A stretch of DNA of 32,000 nucleotides. Source: Candidatus Methanomethylophilaceae archaeon. Lineage in GTDB: Archaea > Thermoplasmatota > Thermoplasmata > Methanomassiliicoccales > Methanomethylophilaceae. Shown in pieces: positions 1 to 8,996 of this stretch (positions within the stretch are counted from its first letter, which is position 1; each line of letters opens with the position of its first letter). Below the pieces are notes generated by a model that saw nothing but the letters and a program-made list of their open reading frames with translations, searched no databases and was not told the origin of the DNA. The position numbers were made by a program, and so were the translations under genes. The stretch is from NCBI GenBank assembly GCA_017519045.1, contig JAFWTC010000082.1, positions 14,178-46,177 on the forward strand. Reading direction: 5' to 3'.

Positions 1-2223
1 GGGGAGTCCCTGGTCGCAATAGGGCAATACGCCTTCACGCAGACCTCTCTGACGGAGATCGTCATCCCTCACGGCGTGAAGACCATAGGGGCCAGCGCGT
101 TCAGCGGCCTGAGCCCGTCCAAGGTGGACGTCCCCACGACTGTGAAGACCGTCGGGTCGAACGCGTTCTACAAGATGAAGTTCCTGGACTCCGACGGGAA
201 GACCCAGCTGCCCGCGACCGCGGACGACCTCAGGGGCCGCGTTTTCGACCGCACCGGATCCTCGTACGTCAGCCGCCTTCCGATCGGATGCACGTTCGAC
301 GTGGGCCCCCTGAGCTACACCGTCGTGAGCGGCGATCCGCTTCAGGTGGAGGTCAGCGGAGGAGAGACGGCCCTGTCCTCCCTGACCGTGACCAAGAACG
401 TCTCGTATCAGGACAAGTCCTATCGCGTCGTCGCGATCGGGGACAAGGCGTTCTACGGGTGCGCGGATCTGAAGACGGCGGATCTGGGAGAAGTCGTCAA
501 GGTGGGTTCGAAAGCCTTCGCCAATTCCGGCCTGAAGAGCGTGGACATGGGCGGATCGCTGAAGGCCATAGGGCCGTATGCATTCTTCAGGTGCCCGCTG
601 ATGCTGGTGGAGATCCCGGAAAGCGTCGAGTCGATCGGCATAAGCGCGTTCAGCGGATGCGCTTCCATCTCCAACCTGAGGATAGCCTCCCCGACGACGG
701 CCGTTGGGAACAATGCGTTCTTCGGACTGTCGTTCTTCGAGAAGGACGGAGAGACCCCGATCTCCTATCTGGATGCCGGGTTCCCCGGACACAGATACGC
801 TGGAAGCGTAAGAACGCTCACGATGACCTCGGACATTGAGGTAGGCAACGTCTTCGAGGCCGACGGGCTCGAATACAGGATAACATCCACGGAGATGTGC
901 GGGCTGAAGGCGGCCCTGATAGGAAAGGCCGACGGATTCTCGTTCACAGACCTGAAGATACGCGAATCAGCGATCTTCGAAGGCTGCAGCTTCAAGGTGA
1001 CCTCCATCGAATCCAAAGCCTTCTACAAGGACGACGCCCTGGTCAGCGTGTACATACCCAACAGCGTGACGACGGTCGGGCTCAAGGCGTTCGCCGGCTG
1101 CGAGTCGCTGACCCGGGTGAAGATGCTGGACGGGACCGAGACTCTGGGAGGCTATGCGTTCTACGGATGCGGGAACGTCACGTACATTAGGTTCCCGGCC
1201 ACTCTGGATTCCATCGGGACCCAAGCCTTGAAGGGGTTCATATTCTACGACGTCGACGGGTCGATCCTTCCGGCAGACGCATCCTCGCTCGCCGGAAAGA
1301 CCCTCTCCGGAACCGGGTCTGCGCTTTCCGAGCTGACGGAGGTCTCCTTCCTGTTCTGTGACAACTTCGAGAACGACGGATTCGTCGCCGAGGTCGATCC
1401 CGAGACCGACTTCGAGACGCAGCCCGAGACGATCGTACCTGGAATCTGGGTGCACGGGTACGGCGTCGATCTGGAAAGCGCGCTCGCGGATGCCTGCGAC
1501 ACCCTCGGAAAGGATGTGGAATTCGGCTCCGACGGACGCATATCGGCCATCGGAAATGTGACGGACGGCAACGTCTTCCTGCAGTACTGGGACTCGGACG
1601 GATGGACATGCCTGAACGGCTCCGGCGAATACCTCGGAGTCCACGACATGGACGTCTCCGACCTCCCGGACGGAGAGAGGTTCTTCGCGGTCGTCCACGG
1701 CGGGGCATCGTACGACGGACAGGCTCCAGAACCCCGCCTCGACCCCGATAGCATCTATTGGTATTTCGAGGACCTGGTCCAACACGACGGATACGGCTCC
1801 GAGGTGCTCTTCTACGTAGGCGACAACTTCCAGTACTCGGAACTGTACGCCTACGACAGCAACACGGACGCCCTCACGCTCCTCATCGAGGGGATGTGGA
1901 TTAAAGGATACGCGGAGCCCGGCGATGTCGCCACGCAGGCCTTCATCAACGCATGCGACGCCATCGGATACGAGCTGGAAGTCTATGTGAAGCCAGGGGA
2001 ATTGGACGCCTGGATCGATGAGATAAACGGAATAACGGACGGCAACCTTCTGCATGCCACCTGGAGCGAGGACCTGAGCGGCTGGACCCAGGACTCCTGG
2101 CTAGGGAACACCGAAGTCCGCGACGGCCTGACGATGTGCATCATCCACGGCCGCTGGGGCGGCGGAGCCGATGATCCGCCCTACCCTGAAACCACGCCCG
2201 CATCCATGGCCTGGGCGTACTGA
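1..2223 (+). CDS. BspA-like leucine-rich-repeat (LRR_5 type) surface/adhesin-like protein, 5'-truncated by the window edge. The C-terminal ~290 aa form two tandem ~140-aa modules.
   Basis: The frame is open from nt 1 (GESLVAIGQYAFTQTSLTEIVIPHGVKTIGASAFSG...). The motif 'xAFxxCxxLxxVxIPxSVxxIGxxAF' recurs more than 10 times. The frame shows strong GC3 bias. Stop is TGA at 2221-2223. Confidence 0.8.
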   Translation, partial: GESLVAIGQYAFTQTSLTEIVIPHGVKTIGASAFSGLSPSKVDVPTTVKTVGSNAFYKMKFLDSDGKTQLPATADDLRGRVFDRTGSSYVSRLPIGCTFDVGPLSYTVVSGDPLQVEVSGGETALSSLTVTKNVSYQDKSYRVVAIGDKAFYGCADLKTADLGEVVKVGSKAFANSGLKSVDMGGSLKAIGPYAFFRCPLMLVEIPESVESIGISAFSGCASISNLRIASPTTAVGNNAFFGLSFFEKDGETPISYLDAGFPGHRYAGSVRTLTMTSDIEVGNVFEADGLEYRITSTEMCGLKAALIGKADGFSFTDLKIRESAIFEGCSFKVTSIESKAFYKDDALVSVYIPNSVTTVGLKAFAGCESLTRVKMLDGTETLGGYAFYGCGNVTYIRFPATLDSIGTQALKGFIFYDVDGSILPADASSLAGKTLSGTGSALSELTEVSFLFCDNFENDGFVAEVDPETDFETQPETIVPGIWVHGYGVDLESALADACDTLGKDVEFGSDGRISAIGNVTDGNVFLQYWDSDGWTCLNGSGEYLGVHDMDVSDLPDGERFFAVVHGGASYDGQAPEPRLDPDSIYWYFEDLVQHDGYGSEVLFYVGDNFQYSELYAYDSNTDALTLLIEGMWIKGYAEPGDVATQAFINACDAIGYELEVYVKPGELDAWIDEINGITDGNLLHATWSEDLSGWTQDSWLGNTEVRDGLTMCIIHGRWGGGADDPPYPETTPASMAWAY

Positions 2224-2229
2224 AACCCG

Positions 2230-2254
2230 CTCCGGCGTCCGGAAGGCGCCGGGG
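2230..2254 (+). terminator. GC-rich hairpin just after the LRR gene stop; possible terminator
   Basis: CTCCGGCG (2230-2237) pairs with CGCCGGGG (2247-2254), including one G-U pair. The downstream T-tract is weak (CATTTCCC). Confidence 0.3.
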
Positions 2255-2286
2255 CATTTCCCATCACAGCAACGTATTAACCCGAA

Positions 2287-2751
2287 ATGCGCATTCCCGC
2301 ACCCATGTGGAAGATACTCGGCGAGGACGCGATCTACATCGACATCCCCGAGACGTGGAAGAGACGCATGATCGCGCTCGCGGGAGAGGGCGAGAAGCAG
2401 GACAAGTTCAAGAAGATAGTAGGAGAGTCCGAGGTCACCTACCTGATGAACGGGACCACCGAGGAGCACACTTTCTTCATCAAGCTCTCAGACGACGTCA
2501 CCCCGGAGGAGATACAGGGCCTGGCCGACGTGGCCTTGGACATCCTCAAGGCATCGGAGCACCCCTGCGTAGAGGTGGAGGGCCGGAGGCAGAGGTATCA
2601 GGTCATCATCACCAACTATCACGAGCCGGAGATCATCGGGCTCAACAAGACCCCGGGCATGTCGTCGGGAGCCGTCTTCATGCCGATAATCAAAGGCCTG
2701 GACGGCCCCGGCAGAGAGAACATGAACACCGTGCGCAACAACGTATGGTGA
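2287..2751 (+). CDS. Hypothetical protein (154 aa; alternative start ATG 2305)
   Basis: The composition is protein-like (K/E/I-rich) and GC3 bias is strong throughout, including the part overlapped by the minus ORF. I recognise no family. Confidence 0.6.
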   Translation: MRIPAPMWKILGEDAIYIDIPETWKRRMIALAGEGEKQDKFKKIVGESEVTYLMNGTTEEHTFFIKLSDDVTPEEIQGLADVALDILKASEHPCVEVEGRRQRYQVIITNYHEPEIIGLNKTPGMSSGAVFMPIIKGLDGPGRENMNTVRNNVW

Positions 2752-3090
2752 TCGCTCCTTCTCGATCCAGGCCTCTATCGTTACCTCGGCCTTGTCGCCG
2801 CGGTAGACGCCCACGAACAGGCCCATTGTGGAGAAATCCCTGGTGCTGAAAGGCCCCAGGGTCCCCTTGGTCATCCTGTCCCTGTGCCCCGCCGCGGAGT
2901 TGTCCTCGTTGGCCACGGCCACGTCCACGGGGGCGTCCGAATCCACGGACACGTATAGCATGCGCCTGGGCCTGACGGGCAGGGTCTTGACGAACACGTT
3001 GCGGTAGCAGCCGTCGACGGACGCGTCGAACTCCCCAACCGTCACCTTCTCCGGACCGTAGACCTGCGTCCTCTTCTCGAAAAGCGACAT
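2488..3090 (-). CDS. Hypothetical protein, last gene of the r-protein/cbf5 transcription unit. Only the N-terminal ~113 aa (2752-3090) look coding. The remainder is read-through into the antisense of the 2287-2751 gene.
   Basis: The ATG at 3090 lies 22 nt after the cbf5 stop. The first 113 aa have normal composition. The last 88 aa are R/G/H/L/V-rich and codon-aligned antisense to the + gene. Confidence 0.55.
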   Translation of the reverse strand: MSLFEKRTQVYGPEKVTVGEFDASVDGCYRNVFVKTLPVRPRRMLYVSVDSDAPVDVAVANEDNSAAGHRDRMTKGTLGPFSTRDFSTMGLFVGVYRGDKAEVTIEAWIEKERSPYVVAHGVHVLSAGAVQAFDYRHEDGSRRHARGLVEPDDLRLVIVGDDDLIPLPPALHLYAGVLRCLEDVQGHVGQALYLLRGDVV

Positions 3091-3112
3091 GCCCCCGTAT
3101 AAGGCCAGGCGG

Positions 3113-4123
3113 TTAATACCGTTCTCGCTCCGGGAACACGGGCTCGGCGGAGAGCCCCTCCAGATCGGTGGAGTACTTCCACATCCTGGGGTAGTGGCCG
3201 GGCTCCATGAACACCCTCTCGGTGTCCGCAGCCTTGCCCTGGGACGCCGCCATGACCTTCTCGGAGGACATCGCCATCCTCCCGATGGCCACCAGCTCCC
3301 CCCGGGCGGTCATCATAGCCACCAGGGCGTTCTTGCGGATGCCCTCGTCCAGCATGTGCACGCCTCTGACTGAGAGGTCGGCGCCGTGGCATACCGCATC
3401 AACGGCGGTGGCCTTGACGACGATCTTCGGCAGCGGATGCACCAGAACCTCCATCGGAAGTATCATGCTCCTGAGCCATTCCCCGCGGCCGTTCTGCTGC
3501 CAGAACACGTATGCGTCGCGGAGGTCGTGAAGAGTCGCCGCCCTGGACTCGGTCATCCGGCCGGAACGGGTGCGCCTGAGCTCGACCATGTTGGCCCCGC
3601 AACCAAGAACGTCTCCGATGTCCACGCACAATGTGCGCACATAGGTCCCGGCGTCGCAGGATATCCTCATCAGGACACTCCTGCCGTCGACGTCCAGGAC
3701 CTCGATCTCCTTCACCGTCCTTATCCTGAGTTGCCTCTTGACGGCGGACCTGACCGGCGGAAGCTGGTATATCTTACCCTGGAAGCGGGAGACTACATCC
3801 CTGATCCTGGCCTCCGGACGGTCGGCGTGCAGGCGCATGAGGCAGACGTACTCCTTGTCGGACGACAGGACGATGTCCGTAAGGCGGACCGCCTTCCCGA
3901 CGGTTATCGGAAGGACGCCGCTGACGTAGGGGTCCAGCGTTCCGCCGTGGCCGATATGCTCGACGTTGATGGCGTCCCTGGCCCATGCTGTGGCCTGATG
4001 GGAGGTCGGGCCGGAGGGCTTGTCAAGGATGATCACCCCGCCTGCGAGGAGCTCGCCGACGGTGCGGTCGGAGGGGCGCTTCCCCCACTTGTCAGGAATC
4101 GCATCCGGGTCCTTCACAAGCAT
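3113..4123 (-). CDS. cbf5: H/ACA RNP pseudouridine synthase Cbf5 (TruB family, with C-terminal PUA domain)
   Basis: Carries ILDKPSGPTSHQ and GHGGTLDPYVSGVLPI (catalytic Asp motif). It occupies the typical archaeal position after cmk. Confidence 0.92.
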   Translation of the reverse strand: MLVKDPDAIPDKWGKRPSDRTVGELLAGGVIILDKPSGPTSHQATAWARDAINVEHIGHGGTLDPYVSGVLPITVGKAVRLTDIVLSSDKEYVCLMRLHADRPEARIRDVVSRFQGKIYQLPPVRSAVKRQLRIRTVKEIEVLDVDGRSVLMRISCDAGTYVRTLCVDIGDVLGCGANMVELRRTRSGRMTESRAATLHDLRDAYVFWQQNGRGEWLRSMILPMEVLVHPLPKIVVKATAVDAVCHGADLSVRGVHMLDEGIRKNALVAMMTARGELVAIGRMAMSSEKVMAASQGKAADTERVFMEPGHYPRMWKYSTDLEGLSAEPVFPERERY

Positions 4124-4649
4124 CGGAGCCCATCCCGTCGATGATGGCCTGGACCACCTCTTCGGGGGTCCTGCATCCGGTGTCCACGATCAGGTCGTAG
4201 ACGCTCCTGTCCTCGATGTCGATGCCGTAGTACGCCATGTACCTCTTGGCCTCGGACTTGGCGCGCTCCACGGTGCTGTCGATCGCCTGCTGCAGCGTCT
4301 CCCCCTCGCGGAGGCCTATCCTCGCGAAGCGTATCTCCGGCGCGGCGTCCAGGTATACCTTGAACGCAGGGATGCCGTTGCGGCTGAGCATGTGCGCGGA
4401 CAGCCTTGATTCTAGAATTATGTCGGGGTTCTCGCGCGCTATGTCGAGGATCCTCTCGTCGATCATATGGTCGATGGAGGGGTCCTCCTCGGCGATGGCG
4501 CCGAGTTCCCCGAGCGTTAAGCCTTTTTCCGCCGCCAGCTCGCGGAAGATCTTGCCGAAGACTATCATCTCCAGCCCGAGCCTCTCCGCGAGCAGACGGC
4601 AAGCGGTCGTCTTTCCCGAACCGGGCGGACCGCTTATGGTTATCCTCAT
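4092..4649 (-). CDS. cmk: Archaeal-type cytidylate (CMP) kinase
   Basis: Has the P-loop ISGPPGSGKTT. It resembles the archaeal Cmk family over its whole length (FRELAAEKG..., YGIDIEDRSVYDLIVDT). It overlaps the cbf5 start by 32 nt. Confidence 0.85.
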   Translation of the reverse strand: MRITISGPPGSGKTTACRLLAERLGLEMIVFGKIFRELAAEKGLTLGELGAIAEEDPSIDHMIDERILDIARENPDIILESRLSAHMLSRNGIPAFKVYLDAAPEIRFARIGLREGETLQQAIDSTVERAKSEAKRYMAYYGIDIEDRSVYDLIVDTGCRTPEEVVQAIIDGMGSDACEGPGCDS

Positions 4650-5356
4650 TCGACCTCAGCCCTCTTGACCTCAAGGTCCAGCTGCCTGAGGCGCTTCCTG
4701 AGGAGGAAGAGCCTGATCAGCCTGTTCTCAATCTGCCCGATGGGCAGGCTCACCATGGTGTACAGCACGATCCAGGACGGGAAGAATCCCATCAGGAGGG
4801 TGTTGACGTCGAGCGGCCCCCAAGGCATGTTGACCATGACGGTCTCCCCGGGGAAGTACGCGGCGCCGTCGCCGGTCTTGAGGAAGTAGTAGACCCAAGC
4901 GTACACGGGTATGACGAGGAGCATGGTTATGGGCATGGTCTTCATCTGCTGCGTGCTCGCCTCCATGGACATGGCCATGATCTGGGGCTGCTGCTCTTGG
5001 AGCTTCTTCATCTTGAAGAGGTTGTTCTCCATCCTCGCCTGGCGGAACTCCGCGTTGAAGTCGCTCTGTATCTGCTGGTTCCTAGCCATGCCGACGAAGT
5101 CGGTCATGAAGCTCCTGACGACGGTGCTCAAGGTAATCATGATGATTCCCGCCAGGATCAGGGTCAGCACGGGGCTGTCCTTGAACGCGATGTATTTGAA
5201 CACCACGTCCAAGGCTTCCCCGATTGGGTCCCTGAAGCTCGTGACGAGGAGCATGATCATCATGGCCAGCATCATGCCTATCATCGTCTTTCCAGACATT
5301 CCGGGCATCTGCTGCTGAGCCGCCTGCATGCTCTCGGGGCTTCCAGGGTTAGGCAT
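4646..5356 (-). CDS. DUF106 / EMC3-TMCO1-like membrane protein (archaeal Oxa1/YidC-like insertase candidate)
   Basis: Contains hydrophobic segments, a Q/M-rich coiled region (MKKLQEQQPQIMAM) and a basic C-terminus. It sits in the conserved archaeal position immediately downstream of secY. Its stop overlaps the cmk start as ATGA. Confidence 0.6.
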   Translation of the reverse strand: MPNPGSPESMQAAQQQMPGMSGKTMIGMMLAMMIMLLVTSFRDPIGEALDVVFKYIAFKDSPVLTLILAGIIMITLSTVVRSFMTDFVGMARNQQIQSDFNAEFRQARMENNLFKMKKLQEQQPQIMAMSMEASTQQMKTMPITMLLVIPVYAWVYYFLKTGDGAAYFPGETVMVNMPWGPLDVNTLLMGFFPSWIVLYTMVSLPIGQIENRLIRLFLLRKRLRQLDLEVKRAEVE

Positions 5357-5360
5357 TCGA

Positions 5361-6896
5361 TCACTCTCCGCCGAAGAATCCCCTCATCACGGGGTTCATC
5401 TCCATCATCTGCTCGCGGCCGATGGCCTCGTACAGATGGATCAGGATACCGACCGTAAGCAGAACTCCGGTTCCGCTCGCGTTTCCTGTCGTCCCTATCA
5501 TGTCCGCGAATGCGGCCAGCGCTCCTACGAGAGCTCCCGACATCACGGTGATCGCGGGGATGTACCTGTCCAGCACGCGCTCCAGGATGCGGGGATCGCG
5601 ACGGAATCCGGGGATCTGCATCCCGCTCCTCTGGATTTGCTTGGCGACGGACGAGGCCCCCAGGTTGGTGGTCTCGACCCAGAACCTGGCGAACAGGATC
5701 GAACCCATCACCATCACGGTGAAGTAGATCGTGACGCGCGCCAGATTCTGTATGGCGTTGTGGCCGTTCCCGTATCCCGCCGGGTCCAGGATGGGCATCA
5801 GCCAATCTGTGACTCCCTGCGGAGCCGAGAGGTACCATGCGGCACCGCCTGCGGCGTAAGTCTGCCCCTCATTGAAGTACCCTATGGAGGAGTTCCCTCC
5901 GATGAAGGGTATCTGGCTGAGGAACTCGTTGCTGTAGAGCAGCAACGCCACCATGCTCACGATGGCAAGCAGGGCGGACATCAGGATGACCGGGATGTTG
6001 CTCGCGTACATCAGCTTGATGGGATAGCGTCCGCGTGCGCCCCTCGCGTTGCCGTTGGACAGCGGCAGCTCGATGCGGGTGGACTCGAGATAGGAGACTA
6101 TCACGAAGATCACCAGCGTTCCGATCAACGCGATCATGGGGTTCGGCGACCCGAGGAATATGGATTCGTATCCTCCGGAGGCCATCTCCTCAGGCGACAG
6201 GGTGAACACGTAGTACAGGGCGCGCGGTATGGTTCCCGCCGGCGGATTGGACGCCGACATGGCCGCGGTCATGTCTATCGGGTTCCAGTTCAACGTTCCC
6301 GTGAATATGGCCTGCGCCACACCCGCCGCGATGAACAGCGATATACCGCTCCCTATACCCCATTTGGACACCACCTCATCCATCATGAAGATGATGTAGG
6401 ACCCCACGAACAGCTGGAAGATCAGCAGGAGCTTCGCGCCTCCGCTGCCGAGGGCGCCCACCAGCCCGCTGGAGGGAACCAGGTATCCGAAGACCTGGGG
6501 AATCGCCTCGAAGATGATCATCACTATGACGAGCAGCTTCATGACGGACTGGTAGCACGCCTTGTCCTCGCGCTTGGAAAGGTCGAGTTTGATTATCTTT
6601 GCACCGACGAACAGCTGCATTATAATGGACGCAGTGACGATCGGCCCTATACCGAGCTGCAGTAGCGATCCGGAAGCTCCTGCCATGATGGTCCTATACT
6701 GTGCGAACAAGTCCAACGACTCGGACTGGTCCAAGCCATAGAGATACACATTGGTCATGATGAAATACAGTACCAATATGACGATTACCCACATCATTTT
6801 GGTCCTGAAGTGCACGTGCCCTTCAGGCCTCTTGACGGAGGGGAGCCTGTCGGCAATCGGCTTGATCTTGAACAACAGGCTTTTTGTCTCTTCCAT
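5361..6896 (-). CDS. secY: Preprotein translocase subunit SecY
   Basis: A 511-aa polytopic membrane protein directly downstream of L15. Carries typical SecY segments (GIGPIVTASIIMQL, YASNIPVIL). Confidence 0.95.
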   Translation of the reverse strand: MEETKSLLFKIKPIADRLPSVKRPEGHVHFRTKMMWVIVILVLYFIMTNVYLYGLDQSESLDLFAQYRTIMAGASGSLLQLGIGPIVTASIIMQLFVGAKIIKLDLSKREDKACYQSVMKLLVIVMIIFEAIPQVFGYLVPSSGLVGALGSGGAKLLLIFQLFVGSYIIFMMDEVVSKWGIGSGISLFIAAGVAQAIFTGTLNWNPIDMTAAMSASNPPAGTIPRALYYVFTLSPEEMASGGYESIFLGSPNPMIALIGTLVIFVIVSYLESTRIELPLSNGNARGARGRYPIKLMYASNIPVILMSALLAIVSMVALLLYSNEFLSQIPFIGGNSSIGYFNEGQTYAAGGAAWYLSAPQGVTDWLMPILDPAGYGNGHNAIQNLARVTIYFTVMVMGSILFARFWVETTNLGASSVAKQIQRSGMQIPGFRRDPRILERVLDRYIPAITVMSGALVGALAAFADMIGTTGNASGTGVLLTVGILIHLYEAIGREQMMEMNPVMRGFFGGE

Positions 6897-6918
6897 CCCA
6901 ATCTACCTCTCGATACTC

Positions 6919-7341
6919 TCACTCGACGACGGATCCGCCGGCCTCGACGATCTTCTCGCGGGCTTTCTCGGAGACCGAGGACACCGTCACGTTGACGGCG
7001 ACGTCCAGGTTCCCGTTGCCCAGGAGCTTGTCGATGCCGGCCTCGGTGAGGTTGACGTTGTAGACGTCGCCCTCCCTGGTGGCGTAGCCCTCCGCGACCA
7101 GCCTGTCGACCTGCTCGCCGAGCTCGCCGACGTTTATGGTGCGGTTGGCCTCGACCACGCATTGCGGCCTCTTGAAGCCGTGGCGGCCGAAGTGGTCCCT
7201 GTCGTACTTGAGCATCCCGATCTTGCCGGTCTTGCTCAGTCCGGCCTGACCGTGTCCGCCGATGATACCGGCCCCACGGCCGGATTTCTTTCCGCGTCCG
7301 TGGGTCCTGTATCCCCTGAATTTCTTGGTTCTGCTAGGCAT
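6919..7341 (-). CDS. rpl15: 50S ribosomal protein uL15
   Basis: MPSRTKKFRGYRTHGRGKKSGRGAG... The ATG at 7341 is preceded by a GTGAT SD-like motif. An alternative GTG at 7350 overlaps the L30 stop. Confidence 0.9.
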   Translation of the reverse strand: MPSRTKKFRGYRTHGRGKKSGRGAGIIGGHGQAGLSKTGKIGMLKYDRDHFGRHGFKRPQCVVEANRTINVGELGEQVDRLVAEGYATREGDVYNVNLTEAGIDKLLGNGNLDVAVNVTVSSVSEKAREKIVEAGGSVVE

Positions 7342-7346
7342 GTCTA

Positions 7347-7817
7347 TCACAGCATCCTGTCGATGAGGGCGTTGATGTCGCGACCCCTGTATCCGAGGGC
7401 GCCGCCGCTCGCGTATGAGCGCTTGTTGCCCTCGTATCCCTTCACGGGAGGGTGGAGACGGAGGACGGGCTTGACGCCCTCCACGTCCTTCAACCTGCAG
7501 TCGTTCTCAATCATGGCCTTGGCGAGCTCCTCGACGTTTCCGAAGGAGGAGTTCTCCTTGAGGTACTCGTCGGTGAGATCGTAGTCTCCGACGACCTTCG
7601 CGCGGGCGCGGAGGGCCTTGGCGAGGGTCTCCTCTTCGACCTCTCCCCAGGTGATGTAGTCCTTCGCGACCTGGAGCATTCCATCGGTGGAGTCGTTCTC
7701 GGGGACGAACACGCAATGGTTCACCCTGGTGAGTCCGAGGAGCTTCATGGTGAACTCGATGTTGTAGTTCACGTCGGGCTGTCCGCGGACGCGTATGACT
7801 GCGTATACCATACTCAT
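7347..7817 (-). CDS. rpl30: 50S ribosomal protein uL30
   Basis: VYAVIRVRGQPDVNYNIEFTMKLLGL... Position in the cluster fits. The start overlaps the S5 stop as ATGA. Confidence 0.9.
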   Translation of the reverse strand: MSMVYAVIRVRGQPDVNYNIEFTMKLLGLTRVNHCVFVPENDSTDGMLQVAKDYITWGEVEEETLAKALRARAKVVGDYDLTDEYLKENSSFGNVEELAKAMIENDCRLKDVEGVKPVLRLHPPVKGYEGNKRSYASGGALGYRGRDINALIDRML

Positions 7818-8494
7818 TCCTCCTGGGCGTCGACGTCGGTCTCGCCGAAGGTGATCCCGGTGGGTCCGGACACGATGTTGAGGGACTCCTGCTGAGCGTC
7901 GGTGACCCTCATGCGGGAGGTCTGCTTCAGAGCCTCGAAGGTGGCCATGGCGTAGTTCACCTTGGTCTTGGTGTTGCCTCTGGCGAATCCCCAGGAGTCA
8001 CGGACGCCGGCGAGGGTCAGCAGCTTCTTGGCGACGTCGCCGACGGCCAGAGAGACTCCGCGGGGGGCGGGCTTCAGGTCGACGGTGACGGAGCCGGTGG
8101 ATCCGCGGACCTCGAACGGGAGGGAGTGGGGCTGTCCGCAGCCGCACTGCCAGGACCCGCATCCCCTCTTGATCTCTATCATGTTGAGCTTAGCGTTGTC
8201 GATCGCCTTCTTGATGGAAGGTCCGACTTCCTTTCCTTTAGCCCTTCCGATTCCGATGAACCCGTCGCCGTTCCCGACGATGCAGGTCACGGCGAACCTG
8301 ACCCTCCTTCCGGAGTCGGTCATCCTCTGGACCATGTTGAGGTCGATGACCTCGTCCTTCAGGTCGGGGAGGAGCAGGTCCACGATCTCGGGCTCGCGAA
8401 GGGGCAGTTTGGTGGCCAGAGCGTCGCTCATGGTGGTTATCTCACCGTTGAGGACCATCTGTCCGAGCCTGGTCTTGGGTACCCAGTCTGCCAT
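7814..8494 (-). CDS. rps5: 30S ribosomal protein uS5
   Basis: WVPKTRLG..., VRFAVTCIVGNGDGFIGIGRAKGKEV. Confidence 0.93.
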   Translation of the reverse strand: MADWVPKTRLGQMVLNGEITTMSDALATKLPLREPEIVDLLLPDLKDEVIDLNMVQRMTDSGRRVRFAVTCIVGNGDGFIGIGRAKGKEVGPSIKKAIDNAKLNMIEIKRGCGSWQCGCGQPHSLPFEVRGSTGSVTVDLKPAPRGVSLAVGDVAKKLLTLAGVRDSWGFARGNTKTKVNYAMATFEALKQTSRMRVTDAQQESLNIVSGPTGITFGETDVDAQEE

Positions 8495-8495
8495 T

Positions 8496-8996
8496 TCAAT
8501 CAGCCTCCATCTTCTGTTTCACGCTCTTGACGTCGGCTTCGAGGCCTTCGTCGATGTGCTTTCCGAGAAGCCTGTCCTCTTCGGGGAGGACGCCCTCTCC
8601 GTAGGGGACCTCCAGGCCGGCCTCGGTCATTCCCGCCACGGTGGCGAACAGCACGCCTCCGTGGTGGACCTTCTGCATGCCTATGTCGAGGACGGCGTAC
8701 TCGATGCCGGCCTCGGCGGCCTTCTTCCCGGCGAGGTACCCGACGAGGTATGCCGCGGGGATCGAGGAGCACGAGTGCTCCCATCCGAGCGCCTTGAGCT
8801 CCCTGGTGGAGGCGGCGGCGATGACGTTGTCCCCCTCCATGCCGAACTCGGCGAACTGGATGGTGACGTTCTTGCCGGACCTCCTGACCACGGCCCTGAC
8901 CTCTTTGGCGGTCAGCAGCCTGCGGCGCTGGTAGTAGTCGGTGCGGTTCTCCCTTCTTCTGCGGAACGCGACTTTGTATCTAGGTCCTGTTGCCAT
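8496..8996 (-). CDS. rpl18: 50S ribosomal protein uL18
   Basis: MATGPRYKVAFRRRRENRTDYYQRRRLL... The ATG at 8996 overlaps the L19e stop (TGATG). The upstream part of the 303-aa track ORF is a shadow extension. Confidence 0.9.
   Translation of the reverse strand: MATGPRYKVAFRRRRENRTDYYQRRRLLTAKEVRAVVRRSGKNVTIQFAEFGMEGDNVIAAASTRELKALGWEHSCSSIPAAYLVGYLAGKKAAEAGIEYAVLDIGMQKVHHGGVLFATVAGMTEAGLEVPYGEGVLPEEDRLLGKHIDEGLEADVKSVKQKMEAD

Noticed and set aside
967-2055. 362-aa minus-strand ORF inside the LRR gene, plus similar nested ORFs at 288-839, 1238-1754 and elsewhere
   Set aside because: The composition is Arg/Gly/Val/His-rich and low-complexity, and the ORF lies antisense or out of frame to a gene with clear repeat homology and GC3 bias. 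These are typical GC-driven shadow ORFs.
4406-6665. Long plus-strand ORFs (4406-5458, 5328-6665) opposite DUF106 and secY
   Set aside because: They lie antisense to unmistakable SecY and DUF106 membrane proteins. The sequences are H/R/G/D/E-rich and lack features of real proteins.
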